A DNA stretch of 59,340 nt from a virus. Its lineage: Duplodnaviria > Caudoviricetes. Shown here piece after piece: positions 29,901-39,210 of this stretch. Numbering within the stretch: position 1 is the first letter of the stretch; each line of letters opens with the position of its first letter. Made by a program: the position numbers and the translations under genes. The notes under the pieces are model-generated. The model was given only the letters and a program-made list of their open reading frames with translations, searched no databases and had not been told where the DNA came from. The DNA is taken from the IMG/VR virus record IMGVR_UViG_3300035670_000235, positions 1 through 59,340 of that record; one strand, 5' to 3'.

Positions 29901-32900
29901 GAGGTTCGCATCCGCTATGCGGGTAAGAATCTCAATGAGATGCAACTGGTTGAGGAGGCAGTGGCTGAGAGCTTCCGCCTGTGGAGACAGCATGGTGGTA
30001 AGTTTGCCGCTGGTAAACCCGCCTCGCTCTTCCAGCGTATCCTCAACTTCATCACCTCCTTTGCCACAGCATGGAAAGGATCAGGCGCTACCTCGGCAGA
30101 TCAGATCTTCTCTGCGATTTCCGATGGTGAGATCGGACAACGCACACCGGGACTCTCGGTATTCAACCCAAGTGCAGATGCCACTATCCGCACCCTCAAC
30201 TTCGCTGATCAGGAACTCTCTAAGGTCAAGAAGACTATCCGCAAGGGTGATGTCGCTCGTGGCCCTGTTAAGTTTAATCCGGAGTCGTTTGATAAGTCTG
30301 CCGACAAAGCCGGCGAGGAACTGGCGGGTTACTTCATAGACGCTCGCGGTGTTGCTGGCCTTAAAAAAGAACGCATCAACTCCCTGCTCAATGAATATGG
30401 TTATACCTACCCGATATCTAAGGCGAAGGCATATCTCACTTACCTCACGCCAGATCAATTCATCAATGCGACCACTCCAGAGTCTTATAGAAAATACATC
30501 AAGCAGGAATCAAGACCGCTAAATGCTCAGGAGCTTGCCGAACAGCGGCAGCCTATCTTCTTAAAGATGAGAAGGACGCCGTTTAATCCTGATGGCACGC
30601 CAGAGATAAGCAAGCCCAATTCAAAGACATTGGTTGGATCGGTCGTATGGGAGATCAGCGGACACGAGGGTCGCCACAGAATGCAGGCTCTTAAAGATGC
30701 AGGCATCAAGGAAGTCCCAGTTGTTATTCAGTTGAGCGAGGATGGCAGAGACTTTAGATCAAAGCCAGATAACGCCATTGATATAACAAGCAACACCGTT
30801 TTCATCCAAGGTCAAGACTTTTCTTCTGCTACAGAGACAAGCAGAGGGGATGACTTTTTAATCTCCAATGTGATGACCCCGATCAGCTACTCCAATGCAA
30901 AGGCTCTTGAGCAGAGGTTTGTAAACTCAGAACTCGATGTCAGCTTTATGGAGATGCCACTCTCTGAGGCCGACAACAAGCGAGTCGATGACTACCTAGA
31001 GTCCCATGTCGGCAACACACCAAAAGGTTACATCCCGAAGGTGAATCCGAATGCGCCTAGGGCTGCCATTGCTGCCGCGGTTAAGTTCGAGCAGGATGGC
31101 AAGGAAGAACCGTTCCCGGATGTGGGACGGCAGTTCATGCTCAATGAGATTGCTGAAGAGCCGATTGAGAATGACGTCATTGCGGATTATGTCCGTCGCT
31201 ATGGCAAGATCAAGCCGGAGGAGATGACGTTCGGCCAGAAGGCGATCTTCATCCTAGAGAGTTGGAAGGAAGGCGGATTCAAGTCCGCCTTCGATGACTT
31301 CTCCCGCGTATTCCGCAAGGCAGTGATCGATCGATACAACGAATTCCGTCGTCAGGAAGCCGAACTCATCGGCACTGAGAACGAAGGGATGCTGTTGGCC
31401 GAGACTTCCGCCAGTGCTGCCTTGGGTCAGCTTGATCGCGCTAGGGGTTGGCTGGCATCTGCCTTCAACTACGGCGGTGTCAAGTGGGTCAGGGGTGCAA
31501 ACATCGTCACTGCCGATCCGAGTGCGTTTGAGAATGACAAGCTCGCTGGTTACATCGATGTCGATGAATCCACGCCGGGCTTACTCAACATCCTAGGCCC
31601 ACTGGTCAACGGCTCTGTACCTAACGGTATGGGGCAGTTCAAGACCTACTCCACCCTGAAGCGCGTACAAGGCTTTAGGAACCGCGCTAAGCAGGCTCAG
31701 TTCGAGCTGAGCAACATGCCGAAGGAGACGCAGGACGCTGCCACAGAAGCCCGTCGTGCCGCCCTGCGGGACATCATCATGGCTGCCAACAATGTGCGTC
31801 TGGTGGACAACCCATCTGATGCGCAGATCAGTCAGTTGATCGAGGAGATCGACACCAACTTCCCGCAAGTCACCGAAGCGTACAACGGATATCAGAACTG
31901 GAACAAAACGCTGATCCAGTTTGGACGTGACACCGGCATCCTGACAGAGGAGCTGGCCGAGCGTTGGAAGCAGTGGGGCGACTACTTCCCGTTCTATCAA
32001 GAAATGGAAGAGGCCGTCATGCGGGATCAGGGATTCCGCAGCAAGTCCTCGATGACCAAGGTGGACTTCTTCACCAAAGCCTTGTCTGAGAATGCCAAGG
32101 ATCTAGAGGATGCTGATCCGTTTGAGATGATCTCCAAGAACGCCTTTGGGATTATCCAAGCGGGACTGAAGAACGTGGCGGCTGGTCGTATCCTGCGTAA
32201 CTCCGAGATCGTGGGAGAAGCCAGGAAGATCACCGGCGCGAACCCCGCCAAGCAAGCCTCTCAGCTTCGCAAGCGTGGCAGCTACATCAAGACCGTGTAC
32301 GAGGATGGCATTGAGGTCTACTACGAGATCGCTGATCCTCTGTTGCATGAGTCGATGATGAACTACGGTGATCCGACTCTGAACACCATGACCAAGATCT
32401 TGGCAATGCCTGCCAACGTCCTTCGTGAAATGGTGACCAGAGATCCGGGCTTCGTGATGGCCAACATGCTTCGCGATACCCTCTCGTCGTTCGTCACCAG
32501 CGGCACGGGCTATGTCCCTGTTATCGATACCTTCAAGCAATTCGGCATGGGTGAGATCGACACCCTGCTGAAAACGGGTATCGTCGGCGGCTACGATATG
32601 TCTGCTGATCCGCAGGATCTGAAGCAGTACATCAAGAAGCAGTACCGCAAGCAGGGTATCGACATGCGCAATCATGCGATCACCAGCACTAACGCGGTCA
32701 CTAGAGTGTGGGACTGGTTAGGCGACATGAGTACCCGCTCTGACGCCGCCACTCGCATGGCTGTCTACAACGCTGTACTGAAGCGCACAGGCAGTGAGGC
32801 TGCCGCAAGACAGGCTGCCATCGAAGTCCTCAACTTCAGCCGTCGTGGTGGTAACCCGATATGGAAGGTGGTCACTGCCTCTGTCCCGTTCTTGAACGCC

Positions 32901-34001
32901 CGTATACAGGGTCTCGATGTGATCTACCGCTCACTCGGCGGCAAGTACTCACCCTATGAAGGGCTTGAGGATCGCGCTGTCACGCAGAAGCGAGCCTTGA
33001 TGCGCGGTGCGATGCTGGCCGCCACCACGGGCGTGTACTTCATGCTGATGCAGGACAACGAGGAGTACAAGAAAACTCGTCGTGAGGTTCGCGATGACAA
33101 CTGGTTGATCCCTGCGCCTGTCCTTGGCGACAAGGTCATGCTGAAGATTCCGATCCCCTTCGAAATCGGCATGCTCTTCAAGGCAGTGCCAGAGACCTTC
33201 TTAAACTTTATGTTCGGGGATATGGATGCTCGTGGGTTCCGCGATAGTCTTGTCCGACAGGTGAACAACTCCACCAACATCGATGTCACTGGCTTCCAGA
33301 TTGTGAAGCCGCTGGTGGATGTGTGGCGCAACAAGGATAGCTTCACCGGCAAGGAAATCGTACCTTACTGGGTGGACAAGGGAACTGAGGCTGCAGAACA
33401 ATACGATGAGCGTACTACCGAAGTGTCTAAGTTCTTAGGTAAAGCGCTGAACATCAGCCCAATGAAACTCGACTATCTGGTGGGTGGCTATGGTGGTTCA
33501 CTCGGCCTGTCGCTGTTCTTAACGACCGACAAGATCATCCGAGAGGCATCTGGCGATAAGACTGCCGGAACTCGCGCTGACTACACCGATGTGAATAATC
33601 TCCCTGTTGTTCGCCGCTTCTTCTACAACGCTGGCACGGCAGGCAGTCGGCAGCAACAGGAGTTCTATGAACTTCGCGATGAAGTAGATAAGACCGTGGC
33701 CACGCTTAATAAGATCCAGAAGCGAGGCGACATAGCCGAGTACTACGCTTATGCGAATACTCGCCGGGGATTGCTGGAAATCAAGAGTGAAGTTCTGGCG
33801 GTAGAGCGTTACCTGAAGCGGTATCGACAGACCCGCGAGGACATCATTCGCAGCGATCTGCCTGCCGATGTAAAGCGCGATTACCTAGAACAGCTAGATG
33901 CTGATCGAGATATGCGCATGACCATTGTCCCGGTAATGCGAGAGCGGGGCGACATCCCATCAAGGGCTGCCTCTGCAATAGCCGACGCCTTTATCGGCTA
34001 G
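26907..34001 (+). CDS. 2364-aa large polyvalent (ejected) protein with zincin-like HExxH, ParB-like insert and LPD38-like C-terminus
   Basis: DHEVIHA...EEAVAE; GHEGRHRMQAL...EVPV; NFSRRG...VPFLNARIQG...IP.PFEIG...SP.KLDYL..GY.G. Confidence 0.75.
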   Translation: MAVTPTPKKRLLLPDNSFLELPDVVTEEDKYRISLDLAQRFPDEYGSLLDPYQTFAGGAAEFFKGIPRGFASSLVGAAQGAVGLVTPGVDTEFESNLAAAQKYLEDESVLAPEEPYKDFFATKLGAGLGSVATYAMPGGIAKALGASATGVAARSAGLGMAVTGGAGEQAQRIQQERELGNDITTGSEAAALLGGAGVGATEMIPINRLFSKVTPETGSALLNIFSRMDKRSPLAGSVSDDIIRLTKGAASQGFAEGLQEGLAGMAQNVVSNVAYDADIEVGDSFLDDLMVGGGVGAIADVIVDAMGGRRTVANKIYRDKEEQLRKQRIERYNAEQAEELRKQRMDEMVKRGQPPEGVLMLPPPAATPSATPTIDGVYTVSPAGNPDRFTRATVFTSPDGRGGLSTMVYSPESEGYFDITEELQRGRSVEDAVAMAVAGDFGFTRDLPALGSAAIKQSFSVAKDATIPSIDPNRIQAELEGGRFSAPNEDSFIKVQPLPNGSFGLVDVTTGMPVDGGMYSTVNDAFASLRQINDQNAAISAANVLNYTGLIKNNPAYRLAASLRSPKNRLIQKSVVAAYLPKDKRKDLKDFYSPEEAKKLLGPKDFDEMMQGFGQITETNDLLRKYVADPVGINPNKRTITSSALTKLGKDKNLKIDIKDKAFKDYAKYWTGAENWADMSNGQRLYLMTRIANNPAMPEMIKFPNLFQRQYRRPQFEAVLGKLGQAQKDGKTAAISVSDIQKETGLSAPAAKQMFSDLIFSGRVKPVAPGKIQLIRSEQDYQADKTAKADGLIQNETVEQTASRLRGAGFTDESVKQVEKQVQQQTVEPKSPTPAVKAEIDARETAAVAQGANPQKERTASNFDKIIADALNRYGIAKFVKHQLETDAAKTRKLPNGQIVMRVGYFSPLKKMITVNVGDQINDPNISIEEIVRRISGTVDHEVIHAMREADMFTEKEWNTLSNFVRTAKIDKAFLDQAGDKSLMAVGGKGKQITTMLDEVRIRYAGKNLNEMQLVEEAVAESFRLWRQHGGKFAAGKPASLFQRILNFITSFATAWKGSGATSADQIFSAISDGEIGQRTPGLSVFNPSADATIRTLNFADQELSKVKKTIRKGDVARGPVKFNPESFDKSADKAGEELAGYFIDARGVAGLKKERINSLLNEYGYTYPISKAKAYLTYLTPDQFINATTPESYRKYIKQESRPLNAQELAEQRQPIFLKMRRTPFNPDGTPEISKPNSKTLVGSVVWEISGHEGRHRMQALKDAGIKEVPVVIQLSEDGRDFRSKPDNAIDITSNTVFIQGQDFSSATETSRGDDFLISNVMTPISYSNAKALEQRFVNSELDVSFMEMPLSEADNKRVDDYLESHVGNTPKGYIPKVNPNAPRAAIAAAVKFEQDGKEEPFPDVGRQFMLNEIAEEPIENDVIADYVRRYGKIKPEEMTFGQKAIFILESWKEGGFKSAFDDFSRVFRKAVIDRYNEFRRQEAELIGTENEGMLLAETSASAALGQLDRARGWLASAFNYGGVKWVRGANIVTADPSAFENDKLAGYIDVDESTPGLLNILGPLVNGSVPNGMGQFKTYSTLKRVQGFRNRAKQAQFELSNMPKETQDAATEARRAALRDIIMAANNVRLVDNPSDAQISQLIEEIDTNFPQVTEAYNGYQNWNKTLIQFGRDTGILTEELAERWKQWGDYFPFYQEMEEAVMRDQGFRSKSSMTKVDFFTKALSENAKDLEDADPFEMISKNAFGIIQAGLKNVAAGRILRNSEIVGEARKITGANPAKQASQLRKRGSYIKTVYEDGIEVYYEIADPLLHESMMNYGDPTLNTMTKILAMPANVLREMVTRDPGFVMANMLRDTLSSFVTSGTGYVPVIDTFKQFGMGEIDTLLKTGIVGGYDMSADPQDLKQYIKKQYRKQGIDMRNHAITSTNAVTRVWDWLGDMSTRSDAATRMAVYNAVLKRTGSEAAARQAAIEVLNFSRRGGNPIWKVVTASVPFLNARIQGLDVIYRSLGGKYSPYEGLEDRAVTQKRALMRGAMLAATTGVYFMLMQDNEEYKKTRREVRDDNWLIPAPVLGDKVMLKIPIPFEIGMLFKAVPETFLNFMFGDMDARGFRDSLVRQVNNSTNIDVTGFQIVKPLVDVWRNKDSFTGKEIVPYWVDKGTEAAEQYDERTTEVSKFLGKALNISPMKLDYLVGGYGGSLGLSLFLTTDKIIREASGDKTAGTRADYTDVNNLPVVRRFFYNAGTAGSRQQQEFYELRDEVDKTVATLNKIQKRGDIAEYYAYANTRRGLLEIKSEVLAVERYLKRYRQTREDIIRSDLPADVKRDYLEQLDADRDMRMTIVPVMRERGDIPSRAASAIADAFIG

Positions 34002-34246
34002 GCATCAAACTCACCTGCCAACAGGCAGTGCCTGAACTGTTCGATCAGGAACAACATCTCTCCTTTGGATGAGGTGTTGCTTCCTGTTCGGAAGGTTCCG
34101 TCATTATCAATGCTGATCACCAGCACTTGACTAACCCCCTTACCAATAAAGCCTTTCAATACTGTGTCTGCACTGGGATGTAACTCCGTTACCTCGCCAT
34201 CATTTTTCACGATTGAAAGTTTTCCCTTTTGATCTTTGTCCTTCAT
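33998..34246 (-). CDS. Hypothetical protein (start probably 34246, MKDK)
   Basis: ORF track 33998..34291; AGGA upstream of internal ATG. Confidence 0.5.
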   Translation of the reverse strand: MKDKDQKGKLSIVKNDGEVTELHPSADTVLKGFIGKGVSQVLVISIDNDGTFRTGSNTSSKGEMLFLIEQFRHCLLAGEFDA

Positions 34247-34290
34247 TTGCAAATTCCTGCGATTGCTGATAAAAACCATCATCCTTTCCA

Positions 34291-35370
34291 ATGTGGATTG
34301 ATGGCATGGCTCAGAAGATAACCGATAAAGAGTTCATTGACATCTGGAATGCAGCGCAATGCTCTCCAACGATAGTGTCAAAGATCACGGGGTTTACGGA
34401 GGCGGCAGTCTACAAACGTAGGCGGGGCTTGGCGGACAAGGGTATCGTCCTAAAGACAACCCAGAAGCAAGTCACCAGTAGCCACAGGTATGGCTGGGCT
34501 GCAATCAAGCAGCAGTTTCCTCTAGAAGTTCCTCTTTCAATCGGAACCGGCACCATCCTCTGCATATCAGATGCGCATTACTGGCCGGGTATCACCACGG
34601 TTGCCCACATAGCGGCTGTTGAATTTGCCAAACAGGAACGCCCCACCATCATCGCCGCTCTAGGCGATATGTTCGATGGAGCCACAGTCTCAAGGCATCC
34701 GCCCTTGGGATGGGAGAATCGACCAAGGGTTATTGACGAATTGGATGCCTGTCGGGAACGGATGAGTGAGTTCGAGAGAGCCTCGCCCGAATCCTTGAAG
34801 GTGTGGCATGTGGGAAACCATGATGCCAGATTCGATCGAACCCTAGCCCTGAACACCTACCAGTACGAGGGCTTAGCTGGGTTCTCTATCACAGACTATT
34901 TCAAGCAGTGGCAGTTCACCTACATGAGCAAGGTGAACAACCAACTGGGTATGCGACACCGGCCTGTCAATGGCGGTGTCCACTCTGGTTATAACTCTGC
35001 ACTTAAATACGGACTGAGTTACGCACATGGCCACCTTCACCAGTTGAAGGTCACCCCTGTAGACAATGCCAATGGCCGTCTCTGGGGTATCGACTGCGGC
35101 CACTTGGCTGATCCTGATGGCCCTCAGTTTGCCTACCGAGAAGGGCTAACCATCGGCGCTTGCTCAGGCTTTGCGCTGCTGTCTTTCTACAAGGGACAGA
35201 TGGTGGATGCCGAGATCTGCCATGTGAACAACCTCGGCGCTTTCTTCAGGGGTCAGATGATCGTTTCAAAGACTGTCGTTCCCGACGACGCCGCCGCTGA
35301 AAACAGTGGGAGCAAAGCAAAGAAGACTTCCGGTTCCCGGAAACCTCGCAGCGGCAAAGGACGCACCTAA
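34291..35370 (+). CDS. Calcineurin-like metallophosphoesterase with N-terminal HTH
   Basis: SDAH, GDMFD, GNHD, H, GHLH motifs; start possibly 34306. Confidence 0.8.
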   Translation: MWIDGMAQKITDKEFIDIWNAAQCSPTIVSKITGFTEAAVYKRRRGLADKGIVLKTTQKQVTSSHRYGWAAIKQQFPLEVPLSIGTGTILCISDAHYWPGITTVAHIAAVEFAKQERPTIIAALGDMFDGATVSRHPPLGWENRPRVIDELDACRERMSEFERASPESLKVWHVGNHDARFDRTLALNTYQYEGLAGFSITDYFKQWQFTYMSKVNNQLGMRHRPVNGGVHSGYNSALKYGLSYAHGHLHQLKVTPVDNANGRLWGIDCGHLADPDGPQFAYREGLTIGACSGFALLSFYKGQMVDAEICHVNNLGAFFRGQMIVSKTVVPDDAAAENSGSKAKKTSGSRKPRSGKGRT

Positions 35371-35426
35371 CGGTTTCCTTCTCAGGCAGTCCGTGGATCA
35401 CCCGAAAGTCTAGTGCCTCGGGTGGT

Positions 35427-35630
35427 TCATCCCCTGCCAGCGAGATCTTCGAAAAGCTGTTCAAGTTCAGCTTCCCTTTTTTTGTTGAGCCAAACTGTTT
35501 TTTCCATTTCTTCAATAGCTCGCGCCGCTGCATGCGCTAACTCCCCTATTGCGATGTACCGATCCTCCAATGCCATCACAAAGCATGGTGGGATCTGCCT
35601 AAGTTCATCGATCAGCTTGTTGGTTTCCAT
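35427..35630 (-). CDS. Hypothetical protein (start METNKL)
   Basis: GGGGG RBS; ORF track 35427..35657. Confidence 0.5.
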   Translation of the reverse strand: METNKLIDELRQIPPCFVMALEDRYIAIGELAHAAARAIEEMEKTVWLNKKREAELEQLFEDLAGRG

Positions 35631-35645
35631 GATACCCCCGCCCAT

Positions 35646-35674
35646 AAAAAACCCCACCCCGAAGGCGGGTGGGG
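35646..35674 (-). terminator. Intrinsic terminator
   Basis: CCCCACCC...GGGTGGGG hairpin followed by T6 on the - strand. Confidence 0.75.
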
Positions 35675-35715
35675 AAACAACCTCTATGGAGCTTTAGCAC
35701 TATACCAAATCAATC

Positions 35716-36042
35716 TCAAAACGGAAGCGGATCATCCGGATCTTCAGCTTGGGTAGGCGGGGGGTTTGCCTTGTACCCAGATGATCCACCGCCGTTGAAC
35801 TCCTTCTTCGGCTTGGCCTCTACCGGCTCATACTTGATGTAGTGGTAGGGGTTGCCAGCCTTGCTCACGCGATTCCAGATAGCGACCTTCAACGCTGGCT
35901 CCTTGCCTTCCTTCAGGAGGCTGACCAACTGCTTGAGGGTTTCCTTGTTGACCACGAACTCGCCAGTGATGTCCGGCTTATTCGGAGCATCCTTGTACTT
36001 GTTCGGGTAGATCTGGCCGTCGCCACTAATTCTCTGTTCCAT
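35716..36042 (-). CDS. Putative single-stranded DNA-binding protein
   Basis: NKYK...KPD.TG...VAIW..SKAG; Gly-rich linker and acidic DDPLPF tail; next to annealase. Confidence 0.65.
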   Translation of the reverse strand: MEQRISGDGQIYPNKYKDAPNKPDITGEFVVNKETLKQLVSLLKEGKEPALKVAIWNRVSKAGNPYHYIKYEPVEAKPKKEFNGGGSSGYKANPPPTQAEDPDDPLPF

Positions 36043-36049
36043 ACTTTCC

Positions 36050-36700
36050 TCACTTTACCTTCGTTGCATACATCTTGAACTTCTTAACGAGATCGTCGTA
36101 GCCGGTTACCCCGTCTGCGTCTGTGATCTCTCTAAGATCCGAGAACCAAGGCTCCAACTTACGGAAGAATCCGTTGAGTTCAGTCTTGGCTTTGAACTTC
36201 GCTACATGCTTCTCGACTGCCTCCAGGAATGCTTGGTGTTCCTCTGGCGTCTTCACTCGATTCGGCGCTACAAACTCTTCCTCTTCAGGCAGGTCAGATC
36301 CTGCGAAGATGTAGAGTCCGAGGCCGAACAACGCAAAGCACTTCACGAGGCAGCGCATCTTGGTGTCCGAGATAGCCCGGGCATCTGGGTTCTGCACTGC
36401 GTTGTTGCGGTTATCCATCACCGGCAACCACATGTGCCGAGTCACGCCCTGCACGATGACCGTGCAGTGGACTGAGCAAGTGCGATCAGGGTAGTAGAGG
36501 ACATCCCTGTCCATACCGTCTACATCCCTGAAGGTTGACCAAATGATCTGCATATCGGGGAAGTGATCCATCATGGTCTGGTATGCCCATGCCCATGAAA
36601 GATAGGTCAGGTGACCCTTCTTCTCCGTGTGATCGTTTACGTTCAGCTTACTAAGCGTCTGCCAAATCTGCTTGGCATTGCTTGCTTCTGTGTTACTCAC
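36050..36700 (-). CDS. Sak-like (Rad52-family, DUF1071) single-strand annealing protein; start GTG 36700
   Basis: VNDHTEKKG.LTYLSWAWA; LPVMD.RN; MRCLVK..A.FGLGLYIFAG.DLP. Confidence 0.85.
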   Translation of the reverse strand: MSNTEASNAKQIWQTLSKLNVNDHTEKKGHLTYLSWAWAYQTMMDHFPDMQIIWSTFRDVDGMDRDVLYYPDRTCSVHCTVIVQGVTRHMWLPVMDNRNNAVQNPDARAISDTKMRCLVKCFALFGLGLYIFAGSDLPEEEEFVAPNRVKTPEEHQAFLEAVEKHVAKFKAKTELNGFFRKLEPWFSDLREITDADGVTGYDDLVKKFKMYATKVK

Positions 36701-37440
36701 GCCTTCATCTCCTTCATCGCTTGCCATTGAGAGCAGAACGGTGCGACCTGACACCAGTTGCCTTCGCACCGAATGTTCTTACCCTTGCGCAGCCACCGAT
36801 CCTCGTCTGTGCATTCAGGCAGTTCGCCTTTCATGGCGGCCTGGTGCATGGCAACACGTTGCTGCACGAAGTCGGTCTGCTTTATGAATCCCCACAGGGG
36901 GATCTCCAAGCACACCACAGGGGACTGAGGGTAGTCAAACTTCTTGTCTGCCTCGCTCCGTCGCCAGTCCCGCAGGATGGCCATGATGCGCAGTCGCTCG
37001 ACTTCATAGCCATGCTTGCGCCATAGCCAAGTGTAGAGATTCAACTGCTGTTCCCACTCAGGCTTGTCTGATCCAACCGCATACACGCTAGTGCATTTGT
37101 AGTCGGTCAGCATCTTCTCCTTGAGCGACATCGTGTCGGTCTGCCCACTGATCCGCCAGCCATCGATCTCGGCATAGAGTCGACGCTCTGGGATCAGGTT
37201 CTCATCACCCGCATTGGCATTCTCCAACGCCAAGTGGACTGCCTTGCCGAGCAGCTTGAACACTTCATCTCGATAGTCCACCGAGATATCCGCATCATGT
37301 TGTTCCGCTAGCGCAACAATCCTAGGCGACTTGATCAACTGCGTAACGGATAACGTTACGCCCTCGCCCTTGGTGTACGGGTCGTTCTGGACTGCCCGTA
37401 TCACCTCGATAGGTACGTTGTGTTTGTTGGTGTACTGCAT
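36697..37440 (-). CDS. Cas4-like / PD-(D/E)xK exonuclease
   Basis: SVTQL; G.AVH..LE; ISGQ.D...DYK; QLNLY; C-terminal Cys cluster. Confidence 0.8.
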   Translation of the reverse strand: MQYTNKHNVPIEVIRAVQNDPYTKGEGVTLSVTQLIKSPRIVALAEQHDADISVDYRDEVFKLLGKAVHLALENANAGDENLIPERRLYAEIDGWRISGQTDTMSLKEKMLTDYKCTSVYAVGSDKPEWEQQLNLYTWLWRKHGYEVERLRIMAILRDWRRSEADKKFDYPQSPVVCLEIPLWGFIKQTDFVQQRVAMHQAAMKGELPECTDEDRWLRKGKNIRCEGNWCQVAPFCSQWQAMKEMKA

Positions 37441-37682
37441 TACTTCACTCGATACACTAAGAAACTCTTGATCAGCCAGATCACTCGGTACTTCTCGCCC
37501 TTGCGATTGGCTAGTTCTTTCTTGATGGCACGGTAAGTGGCCTGTGTCCCAGTCTTACCCTGCACCGTGGACTCGACAATGAACCCATTGCCGACATCGA
37601 CGTTAGGCAGTTTCAGTTTGACTACCGGCTTCATCTCCACGGTTGCCTTCTTCTTTTTGAACTTCATCTCCTTGATCACCAT
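37440..37682 (-). CDS. Small basic protein
   Basis: 80 aa, AGGAG RBS, coupled to exonuclease. Confidence 0.55.
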   Translation of the reverse strand: MVIKEMKFKKKKATVEMKPVVKLKLPNVDVGNGFIVESTVQGKTGTQATYRAIKKELANRKGEKYRVIWLIKSFLVYRVK

Positions 37683-37965
37683 CTGTCCACTCCTGAATGC
37701 TGAGCATTTCGTCCATCGTTATTGCGGTGTTCATTAAAAAATCTAGGCCGCCATCTCTAACTGCATCGTAGTAAAACGTGATAGCACCCACTTCCCTAAA
37801 CCGGCTATCGACCTTGTGCATCCTGACCATCTGCCTATCCACCATGAAGGTAAGGCCAAAGCCTGTCAGGTTCTCTCGGGTGGCCGCATGCACAAAGGCA
37901 ATGGCCATCTCTTGTAGGTCTTCTGGAATAGGGGATCGAAACCCCTCAGGATTTCCTTGTCGCAT
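37603..37965 (-). CDS. Hypothetical protein (start probably MRQGNP)
   Basis: GGAG RBS before ATG 37965; the longer ORF overlaps RusA. Confidence 0.45.
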   Translation of the reverse strand: MRQGNPEGFRSPIPEDLQEMAIAFVHAATRENLTGFGLTFMVDRQMVRMHKVDSRFREVGAITFYYDAVRDGGLDFLMNTAITMDEMLSIQEWTDGDQGDEVQKEEGNRGDEAGSQTETA

Positions 37966-38020
37966 GTCTTTACTCCAAGTATGATCTTTGTTATGAAAGC
38001 CAATATTAGCGAGAAATAAA

Positions 38021-38440
38021 TTGCAAGTCAAGAATTTTTGGGAAGGCGTCATCCACGGCGAGGCTGCCAGCAAAGCGAACTCCCGTCGGTTCGTCAACTT
38101 CGGGGGCAAGCCTCGGTTCATCAAGAGCCAGAAAGCACTTGGCTATGGCGAGGCTTTCAAGTTGCAAGTGCCTGAGCTAGAAGAAAAACTCGAAGGAGAT
38201 CTTTTCTTCGCAGCGAAAATTTACTACGCTTCACGACGGCCTGACCTCGATGAGTCACTGATCCTAGATCTACTTCAGGGTCGTGTCTATACCAATGACA
38301 GGCAAGTCAAATGCAGATTTGTGCTATGGGGGCTTGACAAGGATGACCCTCGTGCAGAAATCTTCATCTGCTCCATGTCGGACTTCAAGGATCAGTTCAA
38401 GGACAAGCTCGGTGTTTTTTGGCACGATGAAGATTGCTAA
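38021..38440 (+). CDS. rusA: RusA-like Holliday junction resolvase
   Basis: SKANSRR; RRPDLD...D.LQG.VY.NDRQV; DKDDPRAEI. Confidence 0.8.
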   Translation: MQVKNFWEGVIHGEAASKANSRRFVNFGGKPRFIKSQKALGYGEAFKLQVPELEEKLEGDLFFAAKIYYASRRPDLDESLILDLLQGRVYTNDRQVKCRFVLWGLDKDDPRAEIFICSMSDFKDQFKDKLGVFWHDEDC

Positions 38441-38657
38441 GCGGGTGGTGTTTCAGGCTATCGAGGACGCCACTGACCTAGACCCTGACATCAGGCAGGA
38501 TGCCCTGCGATGGATAGGCAGTCAGGACTTCATCGAAGCCTGCTCCGAGGCAGGCATGGACTCTGTGCAACTGAAGAAGTTTGTTGCCCAGATCATGAAA
38601 CTGCCTACAGGGATAAGACGAAAACAAGTTCAGTCCCTGCTAGATAGATACCTTTGA
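38427..38657 (+). CDS. Conserved small phage protein
   Basis: VVFQAIEDA...ALRW...DFIEAC..AG.D pattern; start MKIAK. Confidence 0.55.
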   Translation: MKIAKRVVFQAIEDATDLDPDIRQDALRWIGSQDFIEACSEAGMDSVQLKKFVAQIMKLPTGIRRKQVQSLLDRYL

Positions 38658-38981
38658 CAGAGAAAGGAACCAAGACCCAATCTTCCCGAGGTCTTCTCTA
38701 CTAAAGTCAGACTTGAGTCTGTTGGCCATAAAGGAAACCACCCTTACGTTTCCTTTAACGTAACCCTTTTGGTTATCAATTCTGTCAAGACTTGGAGCTT
38801 TAAGCCGATCTTCCATTGAGTGCTGAATGTATTCCAGTTTATGCCCAAAGCATGGACATACATCAACCCAGTCAATGTCCTCCATGGTTAAATCAAATTC
38901 CATTCCAGCTCTTTTCGCCTTGCTCTTTGTTCTAGTGAGCATCCATTTTTTAAATGATTCAGGTTTAAACTTTTTACTCAT
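38640..38981 (-). CDS. HNH/His-Me finger endonuclease-like protein
   Basis: K.KAK..G.EFDLT; CP; PSLDRIDN.KGYVKGNV.VVS..ANRLK; AT-rich; start ATG ~38981 or GTG 39011. Confidence 0.8.
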   Translation of the reverse strand: MSKKFKPESFKKWMLTRTKSKAKRAGMEFDLTMEDIDWVDVCPCFGHKLEYIQHSMEDRLKAPSLDRIDNQKGYVKGNVRVVSFMANRLKSDFSREDLGKIGSWFLSLSKVSI

Positions 38982-39011
38982 ATCACCATGACCTTTGGTG
39001 AATCCCCGCAC

Positions 39012-39210
39012 GGTACAGACGGAGTTTGCCTACGCCCGATCGTGCAGAGTTGTGACCTTTGGAGCCACCCCGCTGTCAGCAACTTTTAACCAGATTGCTC
39101 TGGCTGTGGTTCGCGCTTCCTGACTAACGCTGCGCGTTCAGAGGCCCACTGCCCCGGTCTGAATACAAATCGTGCTGCGCGTAGTTTCCCCGACCAGAAC
39201 GATAGGGGGA
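39012..39210. ncRNA. Structured non-coding element (ncRNA or replication origin candidate)
   Basis: No ORF; hairpins; direct repeats TGACCTTTGG (38989, 39053) and GCTGCGCGT (39129, 39174). Confidence 0.4.

Noticed and set aside
36697-37440. Cas4-like gene as part of a CRISPR system
   Set aside because: Context (Sak-like annealase, SSB) fits a phage recombination exonuclease; no array or cas1/cas2
38640-39011. HNH gene as IscB/OMEGA nuclease
   Set aside because: Only ~113-123 aa, with no PLMP or RuvC motifs
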